This document shows, piece by piece, positions 12,540 through 26,236 of a stretch of 64,000 bases of DNA. The translations under genes were made by a program, and so were the position numbers. Below the pieces are notes generated by a model, which had not been told where the DNA came from, made no database searches, and was given only the letters and a program-made list of their open reading frames with translations. Position 1 is the stretch's first letter. Each line of letters opens with the position of its first letter. Source of the DNA: Carcharhinus amblyrhynchos (Eukaryota); NCBI GenBank assembly GCA_965287045.1, contig OZ336884.1, forward strand, positions 47,492,001 to 47,556,000, read 5' to 3'.

Positions 12540-14085
12540 CCTACAACCCAGGGTATTAAAAGAGCCAGTTATGGAAATAGTGGCTGTCATCATCCAAATT
12601 TCAGTAGATTCTAGAACAGTCCTGGCAGTTTGGAGGATGTCAAATATAACCCCATTATTTAAAGAGGGAGGGATGGAGGAAAGGGGGAATTTCAGACCAG
12701 TTAGCCTTACATCAGCAGTGGGGAAAATTCTAGAGTCTATTGTAAAGGATGAAATAACAGGACAGTTAGAAAATACTAATGGAACTAGACAAAGTTAGCA
12801 TGGCTTTATGAAAGGGAAGTCATATTTGACAAACTTATTGGAGTTTTTTGAGTACGCAACTAGTAGAATAGGTAAGGGTGAACCAGCGGATGTGGTGCAT
12901 TTGTATTTTTATAAAACTTTTTACAAAGCCCCACATAGGAGGTTCATGTGCAAAAGTGCACGGGACTGGAAGTAATGTATTGGCATGGATTGAGAATTGG
13001 TGAGCAGATAGGAAAACAAGTAGGAATAAATTGGTCTTTTTCAATGAAATAGGCAATGACTTGGAGCCCACAGGGATCAGTGCTTGGATCCCAGCTTTTC
13101 ACAATATACATCAATGATTTGGATATGGGAACCAAAAGTAATATTTCCCAGGTTTGCTTATGACATGAAACTTGATGGGAAGGTGAGAGGTGAGGAGAAT
13201 GTTAATAGGCTTTAAGGTGATTCAGACAATGAGTGAGTGGGCAAATATGTGGCTGATGCAGTATAATGTGGATAAATGTGAAGCTATCCATGTTGGACAG
13301 AGAAACGGAATGGCAGAATATTATTTAAATAATGACAGATTGTACAAAGGGACCTGGTTTTCCCTCTACACGTTACTGAAAGTAAGCCAGATGTTAAGAA
13401 TATAAATGATATGTTGGCCTTTATTGTAAGAGGGCTTGAGTACACGAACAAGTGTGTCTTACTGCAGCCGTGCAAGGCCTTGGTGAGGCCACACCTCAAG
13501 TATTGTGTGTAGTTCTGGTCTGAAGCATTGGTAACTTTTAATACTTTTTCCTTCCCATTCTGTGACACAGGGTGACATTTTGCCAAAGCGATGACACATA
13601 TCCCGTTAGAATGTTGTAAAAATACAATGATCTTCACAGGGTTTGCCATAGAGTTCACCAGACTGATTTCTGGGATGGCAGGATTGTCGTACGAAAAAAG
13701 ACTGGGTCAAAAAAGCCCGCATTCCCTGGAATTTAGAAGAATGAGGGGGGACCTAACTGAAACACAAAATTCTGACATGGCTGCACATACTGGATGTAAG
13801 AGCATTGCTTCTTCTGGCTGGAAGGTTTAAAACAAGTCTTAGGATACAGGCTAGGCTCTTTAGGACTGAGATGAAGAGAAACTTCTTTAGTCAGAGGATG
13901 ATGAACCTGTGGAATTTTCTAACAAAGAAGGGGCTGGAAGCCAAGTCACTGAATATATTTAAGGGGTCAGATAGATTCCTAGACTCTAAAGATATCAAAG
14001 GTAAGGGGAGAGCACAGGAGTTTTGCAGTGAGATAAAGGATCAGTCCTGATTATGTTGAGTGGCAAAGCAGGCTCAAAGAACCAA
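12540..14085 (+). mobile_element. CR1/HER1-type LINE, decayed ORF2 reverse transcriptase region through the 3' end
   Basis: ORF fragments W..SNITPLFKEG....GNFRPVSLTSAVGKILE, PQGSVLGSQLFTIYINDLD, WLMQYNVDKCE, SLEFRRMRGDL.ET and KRNFFSQR..NLWN, with many stops and frameshifts. Confidence 0.9.
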
Positions 14086-14774
14086 GTAGAAAATAGAAGC
14101 AGGAATTGGCTAAGTTTCTATATGTAATATAACATACCACATGTTGGCCTAACAGTGCAATGGCATCTTTATGTTCTACGAACCACTTCACAAAAAACAT
14201 TTTGGGGTATACTAACAAAGTATTTTTATGGTTTAGTTCACTGTATTGTTATGGCTTCTGCAACACCAATCTAAAATTCTGAAGATAGTAATAATCGTAC
14301 ACGTATTGCAGGACTGTTATCAGAGTGTAGATCTATTCCACCTGAACTCAGTCAGAAGCGTGGCAGGAAAAACATGTGTTTATTCACATAATAGGTCATC
14401 GTTGCACCTTTGGCATAGTTTAAATAGTAAGAGCGAGAACAACTCCAAGGGTTGCAGCATATGTCACTTGTCTTAAATATGGTAACCTTAAAATTCTGAT
14501 GAAAATTCTTCAGTCAGAGGGTTAAAGACTCATTAATGAGTCTTCTACTTTGGACCAGTAAGTCTTCCTTTAAGTGGACAGATTTTTATGCCATGTTTAT
14601 AATATTAGTGCACACAGTTGATCTGGAATGGTTCTGCCAGAATTCGTTTCTGAGACTAACCTTAGACTACTAGAAAACACTTTGTGAAAAAAATGCAGCC
14701 ATTTCCAGAAATTGGCAAATGAACCAGGGTGTATGGCAGTTCACAAGACAGAACATAAATTGCTAAATTCCAGA

Positions 14775-15190
14775 TTTGGTACAGTGGTAGGACTCTCGCC
14801 ATTGATGGGTTATATTTCAAGACCCAAAGTTCTGATTCCATAAGCGCAGCTCACACTGGGGGTGTGCTGTCTGGTTGGAGGTACTGTCCTGTAGGAAAGA
14901 CATTAAAATGGAGACTTCTGTCCCTTCAGAAGCATAGCACCTTCAAAAAAAACAGCAAAAGGGTTCTCCTGAAATCCTAACCAACACTTATCTCTTACCC
15001 AACACACAAAACAGGTTACCTGATTGTTCATCACATGGTTGTTTGTTGGATCTTTGCAGTGCACAACTTGACTATTGATTTTCCTGCATTCAAATAATGA
15101 CTAGACTTCAAAAGCACCTATGGGCTGAAAGGCATTTTGGAGTGTCCTGAAATTGTCAGTGGTGCTTTATAAATGCCAGTCTTCATTTCT
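14775..15190 (+). mobile_element. Deu-domain SINE (SacSINE1/AmnSINE-like), old
   Basis: tRNA-like head cagtggtaggactctcgcc, a central domain (gttctcctgaaatcctaaccaac...tttgcagtgcacaa), and an L2-type tail ggtgctttataaatgccagtctt. A related antisense copy lies at about 10095-10365. Confidence 0.55.
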
Positions 15191-18111
15191 CATTTCCACT
15201 ATTCACCTAGATTTATAACCACACAATGGTTGCCCATAGCTTTTCAGGATTTGGTTTCTCTTCCTATCTATTTAAGAATGCATCTGCAAAGTGGTTACTT
15301 CTAGTAGTTCCACAGCAATACGATTGGAATAAAAATATTCCTTTGTAACATTGCACAGTATTTCTGGAAATTTTAATGAGCAACATGTGCCAAACATCCA
15401 TCTGAGAGGTAACCAATAAAAGGTGTAAGATTATTATTTGTATAACACTGCAAACACAGTTTGTTGCAGAAAGCTACTGGAATCCCTTCCTCTTCCCTCA
15501 CAATATTAGCATGACATTTCCATTTCTCACATTATCCAGCCTCATAATGTTTCTGTGAGATTGCCTCATTAGTGTCAATTAGTGCCAAAGTATTGGGAGA
15601 TCTGTGCTATGGACCTGCATCCCCAGAGAACTGGATTGTGATTGCCTGAACTAATTTCACTTAGGACCGTTAACAAGCATGAGCGAGAGGTGACTTTCAT
15701 CCCAGCAGTCTTACTAGGATTGTCATATAATATCACACAGTCCCTTCAACAATGATATTTTTTAAAGATTAGCTCAAATGACAAGCAGAGAATGAATAGT
15801 AAGTGGCAGAGGCATATAACACAGGATTTTTGAAAGGTAAATTTCATAAATGTTTTTGACATTCTCATGCGAATTCTTTACATATTATTACTGCCAGATT
15901 CTTATCTATCTTGGTAGATACACGTGCTAATTATAGTACCATATATGTATAATTTTAAGCTTTTTTAAAAAAAAAGTGGGTTTACAACAGTAGCATCTAG
16001 CTGAATACAATTCTCACCCTTACTCTGCATTTTTTCAATCGGATTTTATCTCAAAAGTATACCAATAAGATATTTTAAATGAAAAGGTAGCACCTGTCAA
16101 ACCATTTAAGGAATCGAAGATATTTATTTCTAAGGTAAACATTGCAACTAGCTTCTCTTAATGGCCCAACCACCAGATACTCTTTGCCAGTGTAATTTTT
16201 CCCAGGAACATAGGAAAATTTTAGAGTCAATCCTGAGTTTATGCTAACTTACTTTATCTCAGCTAGAGTAGCATGAGGCGTGCTACAATTGTCCTAAAGT
16301 GTGGGAAGTATATATTAAAAAATTCTCAGCATTCCCACTCATGGTGACTATTCAGTGAATCATACTCGTTAAGTAAGAGTGTGATCAACTGCAATACAGC
16401 TTTAAATCGTAAAGCATGTCAAAATGTACATAAAGGATAGTCACCAAGGCAATTCTACTGGAAAATACCATTGCCTGTGAAACTGAAACCCAGAATATGA
16501 GAGTGTCTTCATCAGGGAAAGTGAGAAAATTGAAGGGTTGCTATGGTGGGAGCAATGGGAACCCCTGTTTTAATGGACTATCAAAACAAAGTAGATTAGG
16601 GACCACCGTGTTCCTTATATTTTGAAGTATTTCAATGTGCATCACTTACATGCCACGCAAGTGTTGTCTGTTTAAGCACATATATAATCATTTTTTGAAC
16701 AAGTATTATTAGGTTTAAACTGTATTTTTGTATTTTATTGTAAACTTTGGCCAATGAGCAGTTTACCCCTTAGCATAATGGGAAATAGGTTTAAGCAGAC
16801 AAACTGCATTCTTTTGGAATAAAGAAGTATAGAATAATGTATTACTCTATACTTCTTTATATTATCAGAGGCAGAATAGGCAGCTATAATGCCAAGGTTT
16901 TTTGAAATGAATGAATGGATTCAGCTTCTAGCTGTAATGAATAGTTGGAATGTAGCTTCTACTAATAAAGGGGCAAGGAAACTGACAGGGAAGATGATTC
17001 CCTTATTGTTAGGAGGTGTTCAGAGCGACCCTAGGACCTACCGGATTTGTGTGGGTGAAGTTACTAGGCAACAGGTTGACCAATGAATTCCTAAATCTAT
17101 TCAAAGCTAGAAGGCCAATGGTCAAAGTAAACGAAGTGTGTTAATGTAATTGGATCATCCAGTTTGAATGAGAGGTGGCACAGGAAGATCATATCTTCAG
17201 AAATGTTATCTGTTATGCTCATGTGATGTAACGTCACAGAGGCTACAATCCTCAGATCATCTCTGTCCCAACACATGTTGGTTAAACAAAACACCTTTTA
17301 CTACACATTGTTTTTCAGTCTTTGTGTTTGCTGTGTTCAACTGCATATAAGATTCCCCAGGAGGTTACCCCAAGAAATTCCCCCTACTGTTATACATAAG
17401 AGGAAGCCAGTTTATGCTTACAAAAACAAAAGTAATAAAACAAACCTCTTATTTCTATAAACCCATCATAAATTGTACTTAAACCTCTCTCTGGCCTGCA
17501 ACTTTCTCAGAAAGATATATCAGAAATGGCAGCTTCACTCTTTCCTTTGATTCATAAGGTTGCAGACTCACATTAGGACGTGAGTGCATAGTTTGAGCTG
17601 ACTCTCCAATGCAATGCTGTATTGTCAGAGCAAATAAGCCACTAAACTGAGGTTCTGTCTACTTGCTCAGATAGATGTTTAAGCTGCAACAAGAGGATGG
17701 CAGAATAGTTATTACAGGCTTGAGATGAAATATAACAACAGCCTTATTCATCTAATGTTTAACATACCCAATTTTCACACTGAAAAACCCCAAAAATATT
17801 GCCATATAATAGAACATTATTGTCAAAGATAATTCTTTATAAAATTCACAAGGATTCACAAGGTAGGTATTTTTATAATGAATAGGTTACCTTAAATGTT
17901 CTTTCAACAGGCTTAACTCTGCTTAATCTAGAGTCTGAATTGTTTTCAGTGGCTGGATGGCTGATGTGTGCAACTGCTGTAGATTTCAAAATTCTACTTG
18001 CTATTAATGCATGGTGTAAATGCAGGTCAAACTAAATTCTTCACTCAGAGGAGAAGAAAAATTCACAAAGTGGTATTTTCTGCAAAAAGCCAGCGTTGAT
18101 AGCGTACTTAC

Positions 18112-18234
18112 GTGCAATAACCTGTAGGTCAATGGCACAGGTACTGGATCCAATCGTATTAGATGCTGTACATTGGTACAAACCATTTGTAGCAGTGCTG
18201 ATATTCCGGAGAATCAACGTTCCCGGTGTCTGAT
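18112..18234 (-). CDS. IGSF11: IGSF11 coding exon 5 (second half of the Ig C2 domain), 123 bp
   Basis: Acceptor attctttcag|AT and donor GCAC|gtaagt. Translates (D)[40 protein letters not shown], with the GLYQC motif and the second extra CTX cysteine. Confidence 0.96.
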
Positions 18235-20569
18235 CTGAAAGAATATATTGAATGATTAGGGGAGTCATAATAATATATCAATTTATAAAAAGTATTTCTG
18301 AATAATCCTAAAATATGTCACTTCATCGACAAGGCAGTACTGACATTGCTTGAGCTCACAGACACTTGCTGAAGGTCACATCTGCATTTGATGATTAATA
18401 TAGTTTGAAGGAAAGCCATATAAAAGTAAAACCCTCAAACTGCTGTAGCAACCCCCACCCGTAGGCCGCCTGGGTCACGATTCAGTTGTTTTTATACAAC
18501 AAATTATTTTTTAAAAAAAAAGGAGAAGCTGATAGTAAACAGCAAGAGAAATTATGAGGTCACATTTCAAGTGCAGACCTTTGACTGTAAATTTCCTTGA
18601 AATTGTGCGCGTTCCATTACCACCTTTGCAGTAGAAACGCAGCAAAACTATTACAATGATACCCATGCTTCCAACAGATACAGGTCCAACATGTCAATGC
18701 TAATAAGGTGGAAAGGAATATCCCACCATTTGGTCCTGCAGTAAGTCCCAAAGGTGCAACAAGATGCCTGGCAATCCATCAACTTGATGCTCAATGTGTA
18801 CCAAGTCTTCTGCTTGTGAGTAGAGGTGCCCAATAAGTTGAATCTTTTTCTAGTTATCCACTGACTCTTTGGTACTTAGGATTTTTGCACTCCTGCACTC
18901 TAGATCCTGAGGTTAACAACAAAGGATGCAGCTGCAGGGTTGTCTAGTATTCCTCCCCCTCTTTGTCTTCCAGCCAAGCCTTGCCGAGGGACAGACCTGC
19001 ATCCAGGCCACATTAACAGCCTGCTTTGGAAAACTGCAGCACACCTGGACCAGGAAGTGGTCTAATGATCTACTCCTGTGAATGCCCATGAGTATTTAAT
19101 TACATTTTTAGGTGCTAGATGAATGCAAGTTGCTGTTGCCTTTAAGGATAGGCGCAACAGACTTGAGGTACACTGGTCCTGTTAGTGGAAGAGCGGGGAG
19201 AGCAACAGAACAAGTTGACCTCCTACAAGCTGACTGTCCATGACGACTCACAACAAATTCAACTGCTCAGCCCGCCATAGAATCGGAGCGGGTGAGGAGT
19301 GGAGAACGGAGATGTCCATTGACCTTGAATGACATTTTCCAGTCTCAGGTCAAGCGAGGCCATTAATTCCCACCCATATCTTAGTGGTTGGATGCTTTGT
19401 GTTTCCGAAAGTTGACATTGCCTCCACAGGTGATGCACCCCATAGAGTTGTCCCATCACCTACCATGGTTCAGTTTAAGTGCCCTCTGTGGAACAGATGG
19501 AAGCCAAAAGTGAGACTGGTCATTTCTCTACAAATTGGATGCAAGTAAGACAGAGGCAACACTTTAGATATTGTTGGTGGGTCAAGTCTATCATTTTTCT
19601 GTGGCTTTGACAGATCTTCTTTCAGCAAATGAACAAGAGAACCCCTATGAAAATTTATCTCAACCTTCAGACCTCAAGAACCTCATCATGCAAGTCAATA
19701 GCTATATCCTAGCAGCATTGAAAGACCCGAGTTTCATGACAATCTGTCAAACAAAAAACTTTGAAAGAATGGAGAAAAGGCAAGAGCTTACATGAGATTT
19801 TGATGATGAACTAATGAATACCCCAGCACCATCCCACTATCTCCTGAGAAACGTGACTTGAATAAAGAAACAGAAAGGCACATTCCTCAAAAGAATTAAC
19901 ATTGAGTGTACCAGAATATGCAACGTAAGGATTGCTATCTTTGGACTGAATGTAAGGAATGGACTACAGCTGTACACCCAGCAAGAATTCCCAATCTCAC
20001 CACCATCTGTTACACACTACACATTACAACAGTCGTCTACAGCAGGAGAACAAATAGACTAGCCCAATTATCGCCAGTCAGAGGATGCTCAGAAAAAGGT
20101 GGAACATGTGGGCAAAAGAGATTTACTCTGTCAGCCATGGACAATTCTCACAAAAAAAATCCATAATTCATCTACAATCCTGCTCCTGCAGAATCACTCG
20201 TGCACAAACTTTCAGCATTCAGTAGCAAGTTTTTTCCTTCTGTACAATGCATCTGTTTTAAAAAATGAATTTGTATGTGTGACCCCAGTGCTCGCCTTCA
20301 CTGTCTCTGCATGGTATGTCATTCAGAATCTAAATTGCTTCTCTTCAAGAACATACTGTAATGAAGGCAGCAGTGTGGAAGCAGGCAGACCTTCATCACT
20401 GTGGCCTTCATATCCCATCAAATGTTGGCACCATGCCTAATACTGTGGCTGTGCGTCAACTCTGTCCCCCAAATTGGTAATTCCTCAGCCCAATGACAGC
20501 ATCGGCTGGATAAAACAATGAGCCATTCTCCTCAGATTTACCTGGCTCATTTGGTCCTTTTTTTGTGTT

Positions 20570-21530
20570 CATTCATTCCATGGTTGTGGGCATGACTGGA
20601 AAGGTTAGCATTTATTGTCTATTTCTAATTGGCCTCAAGAAGGTGGTGATGAGCTGCCTCCTTGAATTACTGCAGGTACACGCACAGTGCCGTTATGAAG
20701 GGTGCTCTAGGTTTCTGACTGGGTGATAGTAAAGGATTGGATTATATTCCAAATCAGCATTATGTTCATCTTGGAGTAGAATATTGCGAGTTTCCCGTTG
20801 TGGCTGTTGCCCTTCTCCTTCTAAGTGACAGAGGTTAGTGGTTTGGGAGATGCTATTGAGAAAACCTTGGTGAATTGCTGCAGTGCAACTTGTAGATGAC
20901 ATTCACAGCTGTCATTCTGCACCAGCTAGAGGGTGTGAATGTTACGAGGATGGATGGAGCGTCGATCAAACTGGATGCTTTGCTTTGGCTAGTGTAAGCT
21001 CCTTGAGTGTTATTGGAGCTGCACTCACCCAGATAAATGCAGATTACTTCTTCATCCTGACTTGAAGGTGATGGACAAATTTTGGGGAGTCAGGAAGTGA
21101 GTTACTCTCTGGCTAAATGAGCAGGTCAGAGTCTGGGAAATTCTGCACAGTAGTTATATGGCTGGTCCAGTTCAGTTTCTGATCAATGCTAATGTCCAGG
21201 ATGTTGTCGATGAGGGAATTTGATGATGGCACTGCAATTGACTGGGTGGTTTAAAGACACTTCCTTCTTGGAGTTGGTCACTCTCCAGCACTTGTGTGGT
21301 GTGAATGCTACTTATCAGTACAAGCTTGGATGTTACTTGTTAGTATGGGCTGCTTCAGTATCTAAGGAATTGTGAATGATACTGAATACTGTGCAATCAC
21401 CAGAGAACATCCCCATTTCATGGTCACTGATGAAGCGGCTGAAGCTTAGGACTCTGCCCTGAGGAACTTAGGCAAAGAAAACCTAGGGCTGAGATTACTG
21501 GCCTTCAAAATTCACAAGCAACTTCTTGCC
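20570..21530 (-). mobile_element. CR1-clade LINE fragment (same family as 54.4-55.3 kb)
   Basis: Reverse-complement homology to the element at 54.4-55.3 kb (tgctgcagtgcaacttgtagatg; ttggagctgcactcaccca; cagagaacatcccc). Confidence 0.6.
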
Positions 21531-22384
21531 ACGCCTCAAGTACGGAGCATTCCTTCAGGATAACTAGAGAGCTGTACGAGAGAAAATTATTTGCTACCAC
21601 TTGAATTCTAACGTCTTATTCAGTAGATAGTCACGGCACTGTCATGTGCACCATGGTGACGTCAAGGAATGCGAATCCATGTGCTATTATCACAAAAGTT
21701 AGGACCACACCTCTATAACTTATTCAATTATCTCGCAAAGTTGTGTCTACATCCGCGAAAGACCTGCAGAGCCTTTTGTTTGTTTATCAAATCTCTTCTA
21801 TAGGTAGGCCTATGAAGTACCAATGCATGCTTCACATGACAGAACACTGTCTGTAGCAAGCTCTGCAGCCACCTTCTTCCTGTTCCTTCCTTTCGCCTCC
21901 TCTTGCCCTTCCACCTCATTTGTAGTGTGCAGTTCACCCAGTGCTTCTTCCAGAGTTCCATCCTCTAAATGAGCCAAGATTCTTCTCCTCTGATTCTGTA
22001 TGCACAAAGTGAGATGTTATGAAGGGTCACTGAACCCAACTCTTCAACTTAGGAAAACATATACAGACAGAGAAAAGGAACATATGTTGCAATGATATTC
22101 GATAAGATAAAAATCTAATGCAGCACACTGTAGTGCTCAAAAGGAAATGAGGATCTTAGCAACTAAGTAGGATAAGAAGAAAAACTAACAAAAGGTGGAT
22201 ACTTGCTGCACATTTTCTTCCCCCATTCCATCAATGGCTTCTGATGCAAAGATTTGCAGAAGTAAGGAAGGCATCAGAAGTTCAGATGACCATCTTTAAT
22301 CCAGGTTTTCTCTTTAAAGTTATATAGCGCTTTCTCGTGTGTGCACAGGTAAAACAAAAGAGGCTGCATCTTTCTGCAGCCTAC

Positions 22385-22472
22385 ATCCCTTCTTGCATTC
22401 ATCATAATGTATCATGCATGTTTGTTCTATCCCTTCTGGCATTCATCATAATGCATCATGCATGTTGGTTCT
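22385..22472. repeat. 44-bp tandem duplication (2 copies)
   Basis: atcccttct(t/g)gcattcatcataatg(t/c)atcatgcatgtt(t/g)gttct occurs twice. Confidence 0.9.
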
Positions 22473-23195
22473 GATTGCACTGCTGTTGGATCATGCATTT
22501 GAGTGTAAAATAAAAAAGTCTTCAGTGCCACCTATATGTGCCTAGCAACAAGGAGGGCATGGAAGCATATGTCAGATAGCTGAAAGGATACATCAACATG
22601 GACAGTCAGATATTGAAGGTAATAATAAACTGTTCCCAGTATTCATGTGACAACCCAAAATCTTACAATGCAGTTGGCACTCCTGGAACATGCACAGGTT
22701 AACACAAGAGCCTGCAGCAGCTCCATTAAGTGTGGTTTATTAGAATTTATTATTAATGCAGTGTGTAAATATTCTACGGGCCTATTATTTTTGCATTTTG
22801 TTTGGATTTTAGTGGATCTTGGGAAAGGGAAGGCCCAGATCCCCAAGAGTTATGAATCCAGCTCGGCAAAGTAGTTTTCAATGGCTACCCACAAAATAAA
22901 ATTTGCAGGTTCAGTTTATTGTGCTTCCAGTTCAATCCTAGCCATAGTCAGTATTTTTTTTGCAAGTCCCCGTTTATACTTACTATGTATAGCTGCACAA
23001 GGTCTCATTGTACTTCCAGTACCACAATTTGTTTCAACAATCCATTGGTTTGCATCAAGAAGTTTTTTTTGACTGGTCGGTATTTTTTTTAGAAAGTCTC
23101 AGGTTTTTGAAAGTTTTGTCAGATTCCAGGCCTGCATCTTAATGGAAACTAGCATAGCTGAGCGAGATGACACAGACCCTACAAAACTACAGCCA

Positions 23196-23511
23196 ACAGA
23201 ATCATAGAATCCCTACAGTACAGAAGGAGACCATTCGGCCCATCGAGCTTGCACTGACAACAATCCCAGCCATGTCCTATCCCCGTTACCCCACATATTT
23301 ACCCTGCTAATCCCCCGACACTGAGCAGCAATTTACCATAGGAGCCAATCAACCTAACATGCACATCTTTGGACTGTGGCTGGAAACCAGAGCACCCAGA
23401 GGAAACCCACGCAGATACAGAGAGAAAGTGCAGTCACCCAAGGCCAGAATTGAACCCGGATCCCTGGTGCTGTGAGGCAGCAGTGCTAACCACTGTGCCA
23501 CCATGCCACCC
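23196..23511 (-). mobile_element. HE1-type V-SINE
   Basis: Reverse complement of the same head, core and tail (gtgaggcagcagtgctaaccactgtgccacc; atcatagaatccctacagt). Confidence 0.85.
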
Positions 23512-24377
23512 GAACTGAGAAGGGAATTGATCAAGACCATGAATAAGGAGGAGGAAAGCTACAATGTTGGCAGTGGGTGATAGTTTGATTAATTGTGATA
23601 CATCTAAACAAATCTTTGCATATTTGTATGCAAGTATTATTCTGGATAGGTTTAACCATAATTAAATGACCATGAAAATGATGAAGCTAAGTCTGATGGC
23701 AAATACTTTTGAACTCTATGTGACCTCTGTCTGTGTCACATTGTCATATCTACTTCGAAGAAGTTTGCAGCACCACATTCTGACATGTTGCTTCATTTTT
23801 TTTCACCCAGGAACATATTCCCTCAACCTGCAGAAATGCAGTCTAAAACTGTAAATAAATATTTTAAGAATAAACTTGAAAAACAAAAAGATGAAAGTAT
23901 CAAAACTATACTCAATAAAATGACTAAACATTGCAAGAGGATGTTTTATCATTGATGGTACTTTTCTGTCATTTTTGACCACTTTTATATTTAACAAGTT
24001 TATTTTAAACAACGAATACAGACAATGCAATCAGAAACCTCAGAGGAGTATGATGTATCATGAAGCTGAAGGAACATTATTATATAAAGTAATTTACCCG
24101 CAGCGATTCAGTGGGTTTTGTCCTTTTGACCGTGTCTATTAAATGAGCCTTTTTTTTGCTACATCAGGTTTAGCAACTGTTCCAAGTCAGCTCTTTGATG
24201 AGGCTATCAAGTCTTCATTTGAATAAATTTCAATCTGAAGTAAATCACTAGTAATAGGTGAAAAGAAAAGTTAAAAAGTATTTAATTTTAGGAACGGGTG
24301 CTCATGGCATTATTATTCTTCACTCCCCCCCACTTCCATCCTGATATCCGCAGATATGTTAGTTTCAAGTTTCATAA

Positions 24378-24960
24378 AAACATAGAAAATAGGTGCAGGA
24401 GTAGACTATTCATCCCCTCAATGTCTGCTCCACCATTCAACATGATCCTCTGTCTTAATGCCATCTCTACCGCTCTCCCCATATCCCTCAAAACCATTAG
24501 AGTCTAAAAATCTATTCCCTTCTTAAATATATTCAGTGACTTGACCTCCACAGGCTTCCTTGGTAGAGAATTTTGCTGGTTAACTACCTTCCTACTGAAG
24601 AAGTTTCCCCTCATTTCAGTCCTAAATGGCCTAGCCCATATCCTGAGACTGTGACCCCCTTGTTCTAGACTGTCAATCCAGATGAAATAACATCTCTGCA
24701 TCCAGCCTGGTTAGAATTTTACACATTTCAATTCTAAATTCCAGTGAATACAGGCCCAGTCGACCCAATCTCTCCTCATACGACAATCCTGCCATCCCAG
24801 GAATCAGTCTGGTGAACCTTCACTGCACTTTCTCCGTGGCAAGTATATCCTTTCTTAGGTAAGGAGACCTAAACTGCACACAATACTCCAGGCATGATCG
24901 CGCCAAGGCCCTGCACAGCTGCAGTAAAACCTCCTATATGCAGGTCCTCTTGCAATGAAG
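24378..24960 (-). mobile_element. CR1 LINE 3' fragment
   Basis: GHSLRI..RPFRTEMRGNFFS motif, with a cata(g)aaaa tail at the left end. Confidence 0.85.
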
Positions 24961-25789
24961 CTAATCTGATCGTAAATTTGTCACTAGAAGCATTCCTCTT
25001 GTCTATGGTGTGCCAGTTGCCCCTTATTAAGCACCTCTCTGAACCAAGAATGTGGAGATCTCAGCAAATTAGTCCTCAAGTCAGACTAGCGGCAGAATTT
25101 AGTGGTATAACATGGGTCTTACCCACCAGTAGAAGAATCCCATATTACCTTCCCAAGGTAACCAGGAGCTTACTTAGACATCATAGGGTTTCCCACTGAA
25201 TTAAAGCCCCTGTGGTGTGGAAACCCTTACCCCCTTCCCCCTATTGGTCAATCAAACGCAGATCTGCAGCACCGACATGTCACCGGGAGCCATGGCCATT
25301 GCATAGGGGCCTACCCAGAGAATCAGCAATGGGTCCTCTGGAGACAGGTAAGTGGGTGGGATGGGTGCTGCAGGTGGAGGAAAGGGGGGGGGGGGGGGTG
25401 GGGGAAAAAGGGTGGTTGACAACAAGAGAGGGGGTGGGCTGTGTCCCCATTCATCACTGATGTAGCCCCCTCCCCCAGAAGACTACAAAAGCATTCCCAA
25501 CCCAGGTTCATAGGGAGCTGGAAAGGTGGCAGGATTTCCACACTATACCCCCCTATCTATTATTGCAAATCTTTTTGCCCCAATCCTGTCTGCAGGGAAG
25601 TTGGGAGGGGGCGGTGCTGGTTTTTATTAACATCCCAGGCATCCAGTTATTTTTTGTTCGTGCATTGAAGTGCAATAAATCCTCATGTGAAAGAAGTTGA
25701 CAAGTGATTTTCAGCATCAGAATATCATACATGCAATTATGCAACTTGGGTTTGTCAACAAGCTGACATGGGAATCAAATCACGTCTTA

Positions 25790-26236
25790 CATAAGAACAT
25801 AAGAAATGGGAGGAGTAGGCCATCCAGCCCTTCGAGCCTGCCCTTCGACAGATCATGGCTGATCTGTCGTGGCTCAGTTCCACTTTCCTGCTTTCTCCCC
25901 ATAACCCTTAATCCCCTCTCTTATCAAAAACCCATCAACCCACGTCTTAAAAATATTTAGCGAGGCAGCCTCCACCACTTCAACAGGCAGAGAATTCCAG
26001 AGATTCACCACCCTTTGAGTGAAGAAGTTCCTCCTCAACTCCGTTCTAAACCGCCCCCCTTTTATCTTGAGGCTGTGCCCCCTAGTCCTACTGTCTTTTT
26101 TGAGCGGGAAGAGTCTCTCCACCTCTATCCTATCCATCCCATTCATCATCTTATAAGTCTCAATGAGATCTCCCCTCATTCTTCTAAACTCTAACGAGTA
26201 CAAGCCCAGTTTATTCAGCCTCTCCTCATAGCTCAT
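25790..26236 (-). mobile_element. Young CR1/HER1 LINE 3' end with an intact ORF2 C-terminal frame
   Basis: ORF 25874-26236 MSYEERLNKLGLYSLEFRRMRGDLIETYK...RRNFFTQRVVNLWNSLP...GIKGYGEKAGKW, followed by a 3' UTR and (cataagaa)n tail. Confidence 0.9.

Noticed and set aside
21657-21664. Perfect CRE palindrome TGACGTCA
   Set aside because: A single 8-mer in 64 kb without supporting context.
21728-22007. Purine-rich, exon-like ORFs on the minus strand in intron 4
   Set aside because: No recognisable homology, no good splice donor, and it would interrupt the C2 domain. Probably a decayed transposon.
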